The position numbers and the translations under genes were made by a program. From a virus (lineage: Duplodnaviria > Caudoviricetes): DNA of 64,000 nucleotides. A model generated the notes under the pieces. The model was not told the DNA's origin. It searched no databases and was given only the letters and a program-made list of their open reading frames with translations. Positions 18,804 through 28,244 of the stretch are shown piece by piece. Position 1 is the stretch's first letter. Each line of letters begins with the position of its first letter. The DNA lies in IMG/VR virus record IMGVR_UViG_3300032269_000764, positions 6,730 through 70,729 of that record; one strand, written 5' to 3'.

Positions 18804-19634
18804 ATGGCCATCGCTACCAAACAAGAATTTATTGATTTTGCTTTTAGAAAACTGGGTGCTCCAGTAATTCAAATCAATGTCGATCCACAGCAAGCCGAAG
18901 ATCGTTTACAAGAATCTTTGGAGTATATGCATGAGCGTCATTTTGATTTCAATGAACGTGCACTCTTTGTTGTACCAGTAACAGCAGGAAATTTAACACA
19001 AAAATACTTTGATGTCAATAATTTTGGTTATGCAGTTGGAGCGCAAGGCGTAACTTCTTCTGATACCGGTTTAACTGCTTACTGGCCTTCTGCTAGCGAT
19101 ATTAGGACTATTAGCAAGGTTTATAGTCCCGGTAGCGTTGTTGGTGATTACATGTTTGATTTGAGATATCAGATGACTTTGTTTGATTTCTTTGGTTTAT
19201 ATTTTAATCAAGGCGGTTTGTCTCAAGGTCCGATGGCAACGTACATGGAAAGCATGCAATATCTTTCCTTGATTGAAGATGTTTTTAATTATCCTGTATC
19301 TTATACTTACACCAAATCAACCAATAGATTGTTTTTGGAAGCCCAACTCAGCAAACAGCAAAATTTAAATTATTTGATGGTTGAGGCATATGTACAAGTA
19401 AATCCAGATTATTATCCTGCCGTTTGGAATGATCGTATCTTCCAAAGACATTATGCCGCTTTATTAAAGAAACAGTGGGCTCAAAATTTAATGAAATTTG
19501 CTGGAATGCCTTTGCCAGGTGGTGCACAACTCAATTCCGCAGCCATCATGCAAGACGCTACCCGAGAACTAGACACACTAGAAGCAATGCTAGTAAGAAC
19601 ACAAGAACTACCAGTAGACCCCTTGATAGGATAA
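18804..19634 (+). CDS. gp13: neck protein gp13
   Basis: FAFRKLGAPVIQINVD..Q.EDR, KKQWAQNLMKF.GM.LPGG..LN. Confidence 0.95.
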   Translation: MAIATKQEFIDFAFRKLGAPVIQINVDPQQAEDRLQESLEYMHERHFDFNERALFVVPVTAGNLTQKYFDVNNFGYAVGAQGVTSSDTGLTAYWPSASDIRTISKVYSPGSVVGDYMFDLRYQMTLFDFFGLYFNQGGLSQGPMATYMESMQYLSLIEDVFNYPVSYTYTKSTNRLFLEAQLSKQQNLNYLMVEAYVQVNPDYYPAVWNDRIFQRHYAALLKKQWAQNLMKFAGMPLPGGAQLNSAAIMQDATRELDTLEAMLVRTQELPVDPLIG

Positions 19635-19635
19635 T

Positions 19636-20313
19636 ATGGCAACAAATCCATACATCAATACAACTTCAGTTTATTCTGAACAAAAACTTGTTGAAGATAT
19701 CACTGTCGAATTGATACAGGGTATGGGACAGGATTGTTATTATGTTCCTAGAAAATATTTTAGTATAGATACAATTTTTGGTGAAGATCCATCTTCTTCG
19801 TTTAAAAAGGCATATACACTAGAAATGTATATCGCTTCTTATAAAGGATTTGATGGTACGGATGTTATTACACAATTTGGTTTGGAAATCAAAGACAAAA
19901 TAAGTTTAATTTTTGCTCGTCGTAGATTCGGTGAAGAAATAACTGCAATGGATTCTACCATAACCAGACCCCGTGAAGGTGATTTGATTTATTTTCCATT
20001 ATCCAAGTCATTGTTTGAAATAAACTTTGTTGAACATGAAAATCCTTTATACCCATTAGGAAAACTTTACACGTATCAAATTACTGCAGAACTGTTTACC
20101 TACAGTTACGAAAAGATTGCTACAAATCAAAAAGATATCGATTCTCCGTATACAAGTACCAAAGGATCTTCTGGTTCAACTATGATACCATTGGCAAATA
20201 ATCTTGGAACTACATATGGAAACAATGATGATCTTACTGGTGAAAGTAAGAATTATGGATTTGATCCAAACAATCCATTTAATCAGAGTACCTGTTCTGG
20301 CTGCAGCTGCTAA
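19636..20313 (+). CDS. gp14: neck protein gp14
   Basis: EQKLVED...E.IQ.MGQDCYYVPR, RPREGDLIYFPL...LFEI.FVEHENP.Y.LGK. Confidence 0.95.
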   Translation: MATNPYINTTSVYSEQKLVEDITVELIQGMGQDCYYVPRKYFSIDTIFGEDPSSSFKKAYTLEMYIASYKGFDGTDVITQFGLEIKDKISLIFARRRFGEEITAMDSTITRPREGDLIYFPLSKSLFEINFVEHENPLYPLGKLYTYQITAELFTYSYEKIATNQKDIDSPYTSTKGSSGSTMIPLANNLGTTYGNNDDLTGESKNYGFDPNNPFNQSTCSGCSC

Positions 20314-20321
20314 GGAATAAT

Positions 20322-20963
20322 ATGTTTGACTACTTTTATAACCATAATTTAAGAAAACTTGTAGTTGGTTTTGGCAGTTTGTTTAGCAATATTCAAATTG
20401 CACACATTGACCCCGATACAAATGTATCAACCAATATTAGAGTTCCGATACATTATGCTCCACAAGAAAAATTTATTCAAAGATTGCTGCAACCATCTTC
20501 AATTACTCCCGGTACACGTGTAGAAATTCAAGTTCCTATAATAAGTTTTATAATGAATTCTGTGACTTCTGATCCAGGTAGAAGACTGCCACGTATCGCA
20601 TCAGCAACAAATTGCAATGGGAAATCTGTAAACTCGCAAATCCCAGTAAACGTTTCTTTTAATTTGTTTGCATATACACGCCATACAGATGACATGTTAC
20701 AGATTGTAGAACAAATTATGCCTTATTTTGTTCCAGATCATATTATAAGTATGAACATGAATGATGCAGAAAGTAGTGTAAATATACCTATTACCATGGT
20801 TAGCAATAATTTAAGTGAACGATATGAGGGTGATTTAGCAAGCAGAAGATTGAATATTGCAACATTTCAATTTGTAGCAAAATCTTGGATATTCGGTGAG
20901 GTGAAAGCTACAACAACCATTGATACAATCAATACAGCTGGAACGAATATAATCTTTAGTTAA
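20322..20963 (+). CDS. gp15: tail sheath stabiliser/terminator gp15
   Basis: YFYNHNLRKLVVGFG.LF.NI, VPIHYAPQEKF. Confidence 0.92.
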   Translation: MFDYFYNHNLRKLVVGFGSLFSNIQIAHIDPDTNVSTNIRVPIHYAPQEKFIQRLLQPSSITPGTRVEIQVPIISFIMNSVTSDPGRRLPRIASATNCNGKSVNSQIPVNVSFNLFAYTRHTDDMLQIVEQIMPYFVPDHIISMNMNDAESSVNIPITMVSNNLSERYEGDLASRRLNIATFQFVAKSWIFGEVKATTTIDTINTAGTNIIFS

Positions 20964-20965
20964 CT

Positions 20966-21415
20966 ATGAATATTAATAAAAATTTAGCCAAGTTGTTTGA
21001 TGTCTCGGAACCAAAAACAATTACGCCAACAGGAAATGCGAGTGGCGGGACTTTTGATAACAATAATTTTCAAAAAGATTATGCTTTAGTACAATCAAAT
21101 TTAAAAGAATTGATAGGAAGTGGGAACGTTGCTTTGGAATCAGCATTAAAAGTTGCTACGGAATCCGATAGTCCTAGGGCTTTTGAAGTCGTTGCTATTC
21201 TTTTAAAGACTATGGCGGACCTAAACAATAATGTATTGGATATACATAAAAAAGCCAAAGACACAACAGGAAGCAAAGTAGAAGTAAAACAAACCAACAA
21301 CTCTGTTTTTGTAGGTTCTACAAAAGACTTGCAAAACCTTTTAAATAAAGAACGAAGCACAGAAAAAAATATTGTGGATGCAGAGGCAGTTAATAATGAG
21401 TCAAAACCAAGTTAA
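20966..21415 (+). CDS. gp16: terminase small subunit gp16
   Basis: KDYALVQSNL.ELI, A.ESDSPRAFEV...L.K.MAD.N, NNSVFVGSTKDLQ.LL. Confidence 0.9.
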   Translation: MNINKNLAKLFDVSEPKTITPTGNASGGTFDNNNFQKDYALVQSNLKELIGSGNVALESALKVATESDSPRAFEVVAILLKTMADLNNNVLDIHKKAKDTTGSKVEVKQTNNSVFVGSTKDLQNLLNKERSTEKNIVDAEAVNNESKPS

Positions 21416-23051
21416 TCAAGGTTACAGAAATAATCCAAAGTTAAAACCTCCCGGGGTAGATCTTCAATACACAAAAGAACAGTTAGAAGAATATATCAAG
21501 TGTGCAAAAGACCCAGTTTATTTTTGTAGCAAATATGTAAAAGTCAAAACTCTAGACAAAGGTGTGATGCCTTTTAAGTTGTATGATTATCAAGAAAAAT
21601 TTGTTAAAACAATTCACGAAAATAGATTTACAATTTCAAAATGGCCTAGACAATCTGGTAAATCGACATCGGTAATTGGATATATTACCCATTATGTTAC
21701 TTTTAATCAATCGGTAAGTTGCGCTATATTGGCCAACAAATTAAAAACGGCTAAGGATGAACTGTTTGCTAAACTTCAACTTGCTTATGAAAATCTTCCA
21801 CATTTTTTACAACAAGGTGTAATAGAATGGAACAAAACTAGTTTTAAATTAGAAAATGGATCTAGAGTAGTATGTGATGCAACATCCTCTTCCGCAATCC
21901 GTGGTGGTTCATATAATCTTCTTTTGTTGGACGAATATGCCTTCTTGCCGTCACACATTGCAGAAGAATTTTATTCTTCTACATATCCAACCATCTCCGC
22001 TGGTCTTACCACAAAACTTATTATTGTTTCCACGCCAAATGGTATGAATCATTTTCATAAGTTGTGGGTAGACGCCAACAGACCGGACGGACATAAATTA
22101 AAGAATAAATTTGTTCCTATTGATGTTTCTTGGAGAGAAGTTCCAATTACTCCCGGTGGACCAAAAAGAGATGATGTGTGGGCCGCAGAACAGATTGCAA
22201 ATACAAGCGAAGAGCAGTTTCAACAGGAATATGGCTGCAGTTTTTTAGGATCATCAAACACGTTGGTATCATCTACAAAATTAAATGTATTGGCACCAGA
22301 AGAATTTATTTCAGAAAATGTGGAAGGTCTTAGAATCTTTGAACAACCTCAAAAAGATAAAATGTACTTTTTACAGGCTGACGTTTCAAGAGGACAGGGA
22401 GCCGATTATTCTGCTTTCACAATAATCGATGGAGCAAATGCTCCCTATAAAGTTGTTGCATCCTATAGGAACAATACGATAAGTCCGTTTAACTTTCCCA
22501 CAACCATATTGAATGCTGCAAAACAATATAATAATGCTTTTGTTTTAATTGAAACAAATGATCTTGGCGGTCAAGTTTCCAATATTTTGCATTCTGAGTT
22601 GGAGTATGAAAATGTATTGATGACTAAAATATTGGGTCGCAAAGGTCAAATTTTATCTCAAGGTTTTGGTGGAGTAGGTAGAAATGAAATGGGTTTAAGA
22701 ACCACAGCCCAAACCAAAAAAATTGGATGTGCTATTTTAAAACGATTGGTCGAAGAAGATAAAATTTTGTTAAACGATGATCGAATTATTACTGAACTTA
22801 TGTCATTTGTCTCCAGATCCAATACATATAAAGCCGAAGAAGGCCAAACTGACGATCTAGTGATGACGTTGGTATTCTTTGCTTGGCTCACCCGCCAAGA
22901 CTATTATGCAGATCTCATTGAGCAATCAAAATTTAACTATGAAGATGCTCAAAAACCAGAGGATGATAATATTTTATTTGTACCACAGCAAAAAAATGAT
23001 GACGATGATTGTGAATTTGTACATGGAGGGGCAGTTTGGTATCCTTCGTAA
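21396..23051 (+). CDS. gp17: terminase large subunit gp17
   Basis: YIKCAKDPVYF, PRQSGKS Walker A, LLDEYAF Walker B, STPNGMNHF, DDLVMTLV; start moved to ATG 21396. Confidence 0.97.
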   Translation: MSQNQVNQGYRNNPKLKPPGVDLQYTKEQLEEYIKCAKDPVYFCSKYVKVKTLDKGVMPFKLYDYQEKFVKTIHENRFTISKWPRQSGKSTSVIGYITHYVTFNQSVSCAILANKLKTAKDELFAKLQLAYENLPHFLQQGVIEWNKTSFKLENGSRVVCDATSSSAIRGGSYNLLLLDEYAFLPSHIAEEFYSSTYPTISAGLTTKLIIVSTPNGMNHFHKLWVDANRPDGHKLKNKFVPIDVSWREVPITPGGPKRDDVWAAEQIANTSEEQFQQEYGCSFLGSSNTLVSSTKLNVLAPEEFISENVEGLRIFEQPQKDKMYFLQADVSRGQGADYSAFTIIDGANAPYKVVASYRNNTISPFNFPTTILNAAKQYNNAFVLIETNDLGGQVSNILHSELEYENVLMTKILGRKGQILSQGFGGVGRNEMGLRTTAQTKKIGCAILKRLVEEDKILLNDDRIITELMSFVSRSNTYKAEEGQTDDLVMTLVFFAWLTRQDYYADLIEQSKFNYEDAQKPEDDNILFVPQQKNDDDDCEFVHGGAVWYPS

Positions 23052-23055
23052 AAAT

Positions 23056-23063
23056 GCTAAATA
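23056..23063 (+). promoter_or_regulatory. late promoter GCTAAATA
   Basis: Upstream of the sheath gene, followed by an AAGGA RBS. Confidence 0.55.
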
Positions 23064-23088
23064 TTTTTGCAATTATTAAGGATATTCA

Positions 23089-24393
23089 ATGCCATCATTA
23101 AGCTCTTTCATCAATTCAAGCCAATATTCCACAGAAAGTACGAACATACCCTTGATTGCGGGTATGCAATTGGGTTCTACTTATAATACTGGATTATCTT
23201 TTAATGGTTATTGTGGCGCCGCCGGAAATGATCCCGGAGGTTTATTTGGTTGGCTAACATATGCCCGGTCAATTGTAGCAAACCCAATTAGAGGAAAAAC
23301 AACCGATAGTTACATTGTATACACCAATCCACAAGATATGGTCAATGATCTTGATCTGTTAACTGGTGTAACTTCTTGTCTGGTATCGGCTACAGGTGCA
23401 GGTGGAACTTATGGTTTGTTCCAAAACAATGGAACAACTAATAATGTTTACAGATTATCGCCACGTCCTGCTGGAAATGATTTTTTATATGCCATTTCAT
23501 ATTTGGCTTATGGTGGAACGTTGGTTGTTGTTGGTTCAACTTCCGGTTTTCAAAAATATACAATTGACAGCAATAAGTATTTGGATGTGGTAATCGGGCA
23601 GTCCGCGAACAGCGATTTGTGCAAATTTTTAATAAATCAATATTATACTTTTGGAATTTTTCCAACACTAGCAGATAGCACAGGTCAAACTGGAAACAGT
23701 TATTCTATAGCAAATTATACTAACCTATTTGGTTCAGCAAATTATGTTGTTACAGGTTCTACTGTAGCAAATCGTATTTTCAATGTTTATGGTGTAAAGC
23801 AATATACTGATATTGATACTACAACTTTGCTTTCAAATAGTAAAATAACTTATACACTTCCTGCAGTGTCTGATGTAGGTGGGTTTTTTACTAGAGCCAA
23901 AAACCGTAAACAACAGTATCTAACTGTTGCCGGAACTGATCTTGGAAAAGTATTAAACGGAAGTATAACAAACACGATTGACTGGGCAAATCCAGATACC
24001 AATACACTAAGAACCAATAGAGTTAATTTCTTTTTAACTTATACACCACCATTTTTGGGTTCCGATTTAATCGGAGCCACCTATTCATCTAGTATTGGTT
24101 CTTCAGATCGTGTTGGTCCTTCGCAGATGTATGCAAAAGTTTATAGTATTTTGAATACTGTTGGACAAAAATATTTGTTTCAGATTAACAATTCTGCTAC
24201 ACGATCACAAGTCACTTCCGCCATTCAAACCCAACTTGAGCCTTTAAGTCCATATTTGGATACCACACAAACTCAAATTACTTGCAATGCAACAAACAAT
24301 ACAGACAACTCAAATACTTTGACTATGTCTGTGGTAATCAAACCAATTATCAGCATAAATTCATTTGCAATTAATCTGTCGCTCACACAATAA
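23089..24393 (+). CDS. gp18: tail sheath protein gp18-like, short and divergent (434 aa)
   Basis: C-terminal LRTNRVN, YLFQINNSATR, ITCNATNNT, IKPIISIN fit the sheath C-domain; position between gp17 and gp19. Confidence 0.75.
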   Translation: MPSLSSFINSSQYSTESTNIPLIAGMQLGSTYNTGLSFNGYCGAAGNDPGGLFGWLTYARSIVANPIRGKTTDSYIVYTNPQDMVNDLDLLTGVTSCLVSATGAGGTYGLFQNNGTTNNVYRLSPRPAGNDFLYAISYLAYGGTLVVVGSTSGFQKYTIDSNKYLDVVIGQSANSDLCKFLINQYYTFGIFPTLADSTGQTGNSYSIANYTNLFGSANYVVTGSTVANRIFNVYGVKQYTDIDTTTLLSNSKITYTLPAVSDVGGFFTRAKNRKQQYLTVAGTDLGKVLNGSITNTIDWANPDTNTLRTNRVNFFLTYTPPFLGSDLIGATYSSSIGSSDRVGPSQMYAKVYSILNTVGQKYLFQINNSATRSQVTSAIQTQLEPLSPYLDTTQTQITCNATNNTDNSNTLTMSVVIKPIISINSFAINLSLTQ

Positions 24394-24935
24394 TGTCAAA
24401 TAACAATTCCATAATTAATTTTAAAAATGCATTTAATGGTGGAACCCGCGCCAATAGATTTCAAGTCATTCCAATTTGGCCAGCAAACGTCAATGTTTCT
24501 AATGATGATGCACAATTTAAAATAGTATCTGCATCTCTACCAAGTACATCAATCAATACTATTTCTGTTCCTTATCGTGGTCGTCAAATAACATTTCCCG
24601 GTGACAGAATGTATAGTACATGGGCTGTTGGCATTTATGATGATAACAATACAGAAAATTTATGGAAAGCATTTCATACTTGGTCAGAGTTGATGGATGG
24701 GCATTATACGCACAATGTTTATAATGACAATTATTCATATTCACAATTACAAACGACGTGGAAAGTACAACAATTAGATTTAAATGGTGGAGTTCAAAAA
24801 ACAGTATTGCTCTACAAATGTTGGCCGTCTGTAGTTGGTGAAATCAATTTAAATATGGGCGAAGTTGGAATTGTAGGATTTAGTGCAACAATAACTTTTG
24901 ATTATATTCAAATTTTAGATAACTATAATAATTAA
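24393..24935 (+). CDS. gp19: tail tube protein gp19 (copy 1)
   Basis: GGTRANRFQV, SASLP......VPYRGRQI.FPGDR.Y..W, LYKCWP. Confidence 0.9.
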   Translation: MSNNNSIINFKNAFNGGTRANRFQVIPIWPANVNVSNDDAQFKIVSASLPSTSINTISVPYRGRQITFPGDRMYSTWAVGIYDDNNTENLWKAFHTWSELMDGHYTHNVYNDNYSYSQLQTTWKVQQLDLNGGVQKTVLLYKCWPSVVGEINLNMGEVGIVGFSATITFDYIQILDNYNN

Positions 24936-24936
24936 A

Positions 24937-25458
24937 ATGCTAATAGATTTTAAAAATAAATTCTCTGGTGGTACAAGATCCAATAGATTTAGGATCACGG
25001 GATCATTCCCAACTGGTGGTGGTTTTACTGATTTTCACGTAAGAGCAACTACAATCCCAACCGTAGAATCCAAAACCATAAGTTACGATTATTTTGGAAG
25101 AAAATACCATTATCCTGGAGAAAAAAGTTATGGTACATGGTCTTTTACTGTTTTAGATGATACCAATAACCATAATTTGTGGGGCCAATTTCAAAAATGG
25201 CAAAATTTTATAAACGATCATAATAGTAATCTATCGACTATCAACGCATCCCAATATAAAGCAGACAATTGGAAAATACAACATTTAGATTTAAATGACA
25301 CAGGCATACCTTTAAAGGAATTTCAACTTAATGGGTGCTGGCCAGCAGGAATACAACCCATTACCCTAAACATGGGCAATCCAAATCAGTTAAATACTTT
25401 TAACGTTATTATTGTGTACGATTATATTCAGATTACAGGAATTACAAAAACAAGTTAA
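24937..25458 (+). CDS. tail tube protein gp19-like (copy 2)
   Basis: GGTRSNRFRI, YFGRK.HYPGEK.Y.TWSFTVLDD, LNGCWP; paralog of the preceding gene. Confidence 0.85.
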   Translation: MLIDFKNKFSGGTRSNRFRITGSFPTGGGFTDFHVRATTIPTVESKTISYDYFGRKYHYPGEKSYGTWSFTVLDDTNNHNLWGQFQKWQNFINDHNSNLSTINASQYKADNWKIQHLDLNDTGIPLKEFQLNGCWPAGIQPITLNMGNPNQLNTFNVIIVYDYIQITGITKTS

Positions 25459-25466
25459 GGTGAAAT

Positions 25467-27023
25467 ATGGAATTAGATTTATTTGGATTTCAATTTGGTA
25501 AGAAAAAAGCAGATAAAACTGAAAAAGAACAGTTATCAATACAAGCATTTTCTGCACCAGAAGTTTATGATGGTACAGTAACTGTTGAGGCTGGAGGCTT
25601 TTTTGGAACCGTATTGGATTACGCTACCACCATGCGCGACGAAAGCGCATCTATTATTCAATACAGAAACATGTCAGTTTATCCTGAATTGGATAATGCC
25701 ATAGATGAAATTGTTAATGCTTCAATAGTTCCCGGTTCCGACCACCAACCAGTAAAACTTGATTTATCAAATTGTCCTGTTTCAGAAAATATCAAAACAA
25801 AAATATATAAAGAATTTGATGCAGTTTTGCATTTACTTGATTTTAATCACAGATCTTATGAAATTTTTAGAAGATGGTATATTGATTCTAAAATTTATTA
25901 TAACTTAGTTATTGATAAAGATCTGCCGAATGAAGGTATCAAAGAAATCATTCCAATTGATCCTTTAAAGATTAAAAAAATTCGTAAAATTAAAAAAGAA
26001 ATGGACAAGGGAACCAATGGAACTCCTGTCCAAATCGTAAAAGAAGTTGAAGAATTCTACGTCTATACCAATACAGACAAAGAATCATATGTAATGACCG
26101 GGCCACAGGGATTGCATTTATCCATGGACAGCATTGTATATGTTCCATCTGGATTGGTTGATTTAAACAGCAAGCGTGTTTTAGGTTATCTGCACAAAGC
26201 AATTAGACCTCTAAACATGTTGAGGCAGATGGAAGATGCCCTGTTGGTTTATCGTATCGCAAGAGCACCTGAACGCCGAGTATTCTATGTTGACGTTGGT
26301 CAATTGCCAAAACAAAAGGCTGAACAATACATGCGAGACATGATGAGCCGTTTCCGCACCAGACTGGTGTATAACCAAGATACCGGCGAAGTGCGCGACG
26401 AGCGTAAGTTTATGTCTGTGTTGGAAGACTATTGGCTTCCACGAAGAGAGGGTTCTCGTGGAACAGAAATCACTACTCTGCCTGGCGCACAATCTCTTTC
26501 ACAAATTGAAGATGCCGAATACTTTAAAAAGAAGTTGTACGGTTCACTTAACGTTCCATTAAGCCGCCTGCAACCAGAGAGCAATGGATTTAACATGGGT
26601 AGATCTTCAGAGATTACCCGCGAAGAAATTAAATTCTATAAGTTTATTGATAGACTACGTTTCCAATTCTCCAAATTATTCATGGATGTTCTTCGTGTAC
26701 AGTTACTCTTGAAGGGAGTAATGACTGACGAAGATTGGAGACAACTGAAGACAGATATGAAATTTGTCTTCAATACAGATAATTATTTCTGGGATTTGAA
26801 AGAAGCAGAAATTTTGTCTGAACGTCTTAAGATGCTTAGTTATGTTGAGCCATATATCGGCAAATATTTTTCCACCGAATATGTCAAGACAAAGATACTC
26901 AAGTATCTACCAGAAGAGTTACAGGAAATGGAAAAACAAATGGCTGTTGACAGACAAAGAATGGCACAAGAACAAGCAGCAGCCGCAGCAGCACAGCAAG
27001 CAGCACAACAAGGTCAGGTATAA
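25467..27023 (+). CDS. gp20: portal protein gp20
   Basis: YPELDNAIDEIVN, RRWYIDS, YLHKAIRPLNMLRQMEDAL.VYRI.RAPERRVFYVDVG.LPK.KAEQY, EDYWLPRREG.RGTEITTLPG. Confidence 0.98.
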   Translation: MELDLFGFQFGKKKADKTEKEQLSIQAFSAPEVYDGTVTVEAGGFFGTVLDYATTMRDESASIIQYRNMSVYPELDNAIDEIVNASIVPGSDHQPVKLDLSNCPVSENIKTKIYKEFDAVLHLLDFNHRSYEIFRRWYIDSKIYYNLVIDKDLPNEGIKEIIPIDPLKIKKIRKIKKEMDKGTNGTPVQIVKEVEEFYVYTNTDKESYVMTGPQGLHLSMDSIVYVPSGLVDLNSKRVLGYLHKAIRPLNMLRQMEDALLVYRIARAPERRVFYVDVGQLPKQKAEQYMRDMMSRFRTRLVYNQDTGEVRDERKFMSVLEDYWLPRREGSRGTEITTLPGAQSLSQIEDAEYFKKKLYGSLNVPLSRLQPESNGFNMGRSSEITREEIKFYKFIDRLRFQFSKLFMDVLRVQLLLKGVMTDEDWRQLKTDMKFVFNTDNYFWDLKEAEILSERLKMLSYVEPYIGKYFSTEYVKTKILKYLPEELQEMEKQMAVDRQRMAQEQAAAAAAQQAAQQGQV

Positions 27024-27025
27024 CA

Positions 27026-27439
27026 ATGCAGAACACAACTTCTTTGCTATTAAAACATGGAATCGAAGGCTTATTGGAAGAAAATGAAAACTATTTTCAG
27101 AACAATGTTGCACAAGTACTTGCCATCAAATTGAATGAAAGTTTTTCAGAAATCAAAGAAACTGTTTCTAAAAATTTGCTGTTCACTGAAACAGTAACAG
27201 ACAACAGTGCTGAATTGAATGAGTTTTTAAATTTTGTTGATAATTTTAAACCAGGAAATTATAAATTTAAAAATGGCTCTAGTATAAATATTACGGAATC
27301 TGATATGAATTTGTTAACAAATTTGTTTGAAGAACTGAACCCACAAAACAGACAGATAATGGTTTCTGAAATTTTTACTGATGGTGCAAAATTCAAACAA
27401 CATCTAACATTTTCACAGAAAGTAAACAAACTAACATGA
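27026..27439 (+). CDS. hypothetical, probable prohead core/internal protein (137 aa)
   Basis: Acidic helical ORF between portal and protease, where T4 has gp67/gp68. Confidence 0.5.
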   Translation: MQNTTSLLLKHGIEGLLEENENYFQNNVAQVLAIKLNESFSEIKETVSKNLLFTETVTDNSAELNEFLNFVDNFKPGNYKFKNGSSINITESDMNLLTNLFEELNPQNRQIMVSEIFTDGAKFKQHLTFSQKVNKLT

Positions 27440-27600
27440 AAAATAATATCAAACAAATGCTAAAAAATGTGATTGAGGAAAATGCAGTTTCTTTTAAGGA
27501 GCAGACTGCAAAAGTTCTTTATGGTAAAGTTGGAAGCAGATTACAAGAACAATACAAGTCTGTCGCTAAGAATATCATGTCAGGACAAATAAACAAATGA
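27436..27600 (+). CDS. small prohead core protein-like (54 aa)
   Basis: Not in the track. MKNNIKQMLKNVIEENAVSFKEQTAKVLYGKVGSRLQEQYKSVAKNIMSGQINK; ATGA overlaps at both ends. Confidence 0.65.
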   Translation: MKNNIKQMLKNVIEENAVSFKEQTAKVLYGKVGSRLQEQYKSVAKNIMSGQINK

Positions 27601-28244
27601 AACTAATCACAGAATTAACAGAAGATATCAAGTATATCAAAGAGAATGTTGGTAACGGCGAGAAAGCCTACTTCATTGAAGGTATCTTTATGCAAGCCAG
27701 CGTAAAGAATCGAAATGGAAGAGTATATCCCCAAGGCATTTTAGTAAATGAATGCAAGAGATATATCAGAGAATACGTTGATAAGGGTCGTGCTCTCGGC
27801 GAGTTAAACCATCCAACGGGTCCAACTGTTAATCTTGATCGTGTTTCTCACATCATTAAAGAACTCCACGAAGATGGCAACACCATTTATGGTAAGGCAA
27901 AAATCATGGACACGCCAATGGGTAAAATTGTCAAAAACCTCATTGAAGAGGGTGCCCAGTTGGGTGTATCTACCCGTGGAATGGGTTCGCTGAAATCCAA
28001 GAATGGGTATCAAGAAGTTCAAGAAGATTTCATGCTCGCTGCCGTTGACATTGTTGCAGATCCATCTGCTCCCAATGCATTTGTCAATGGAATCATGGAA
28101 GGTAGAGAATGGATGTTTATTGAAGGAACGTGGCAAGAGCGCGAGGCAGCAGCAGCCAAACGTTTGATCAACAACTCATCTAGCAGAAATCTCAATAAAA
28201 ATATTGTCAGGGTGTTTGAAGAATATTTTAGAAAAATACAATGA
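27597..28244 (+). CDS. gp21: prohead protease gp21
   Basis: MKLITE, FIEGIFMQ...NRNGRVY, RALGELNHP, LGVSTRGMGSL, DIVADPSAPNAFV.GIME. Confidence 0.97.
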   Translation: MKLITELTEDIKYIKENVGNGEKAYFIEGIFMQASVKNRNGRVYPQGILVNECKRYIREYVDKGRALGELNHPTGPTVNLDRVSHIIKELHEDGNTIYGKAKIMDTPMGKIVKNLIEEGAQLGVSTRGMGSLKSKNGYQEVQEDFMLAAVDIVADPSAPNAFVNGIMEGREWMFIEGTWQEREAAAAKRLINNSSSRNLNKNIVRVFEEYFRKIQ

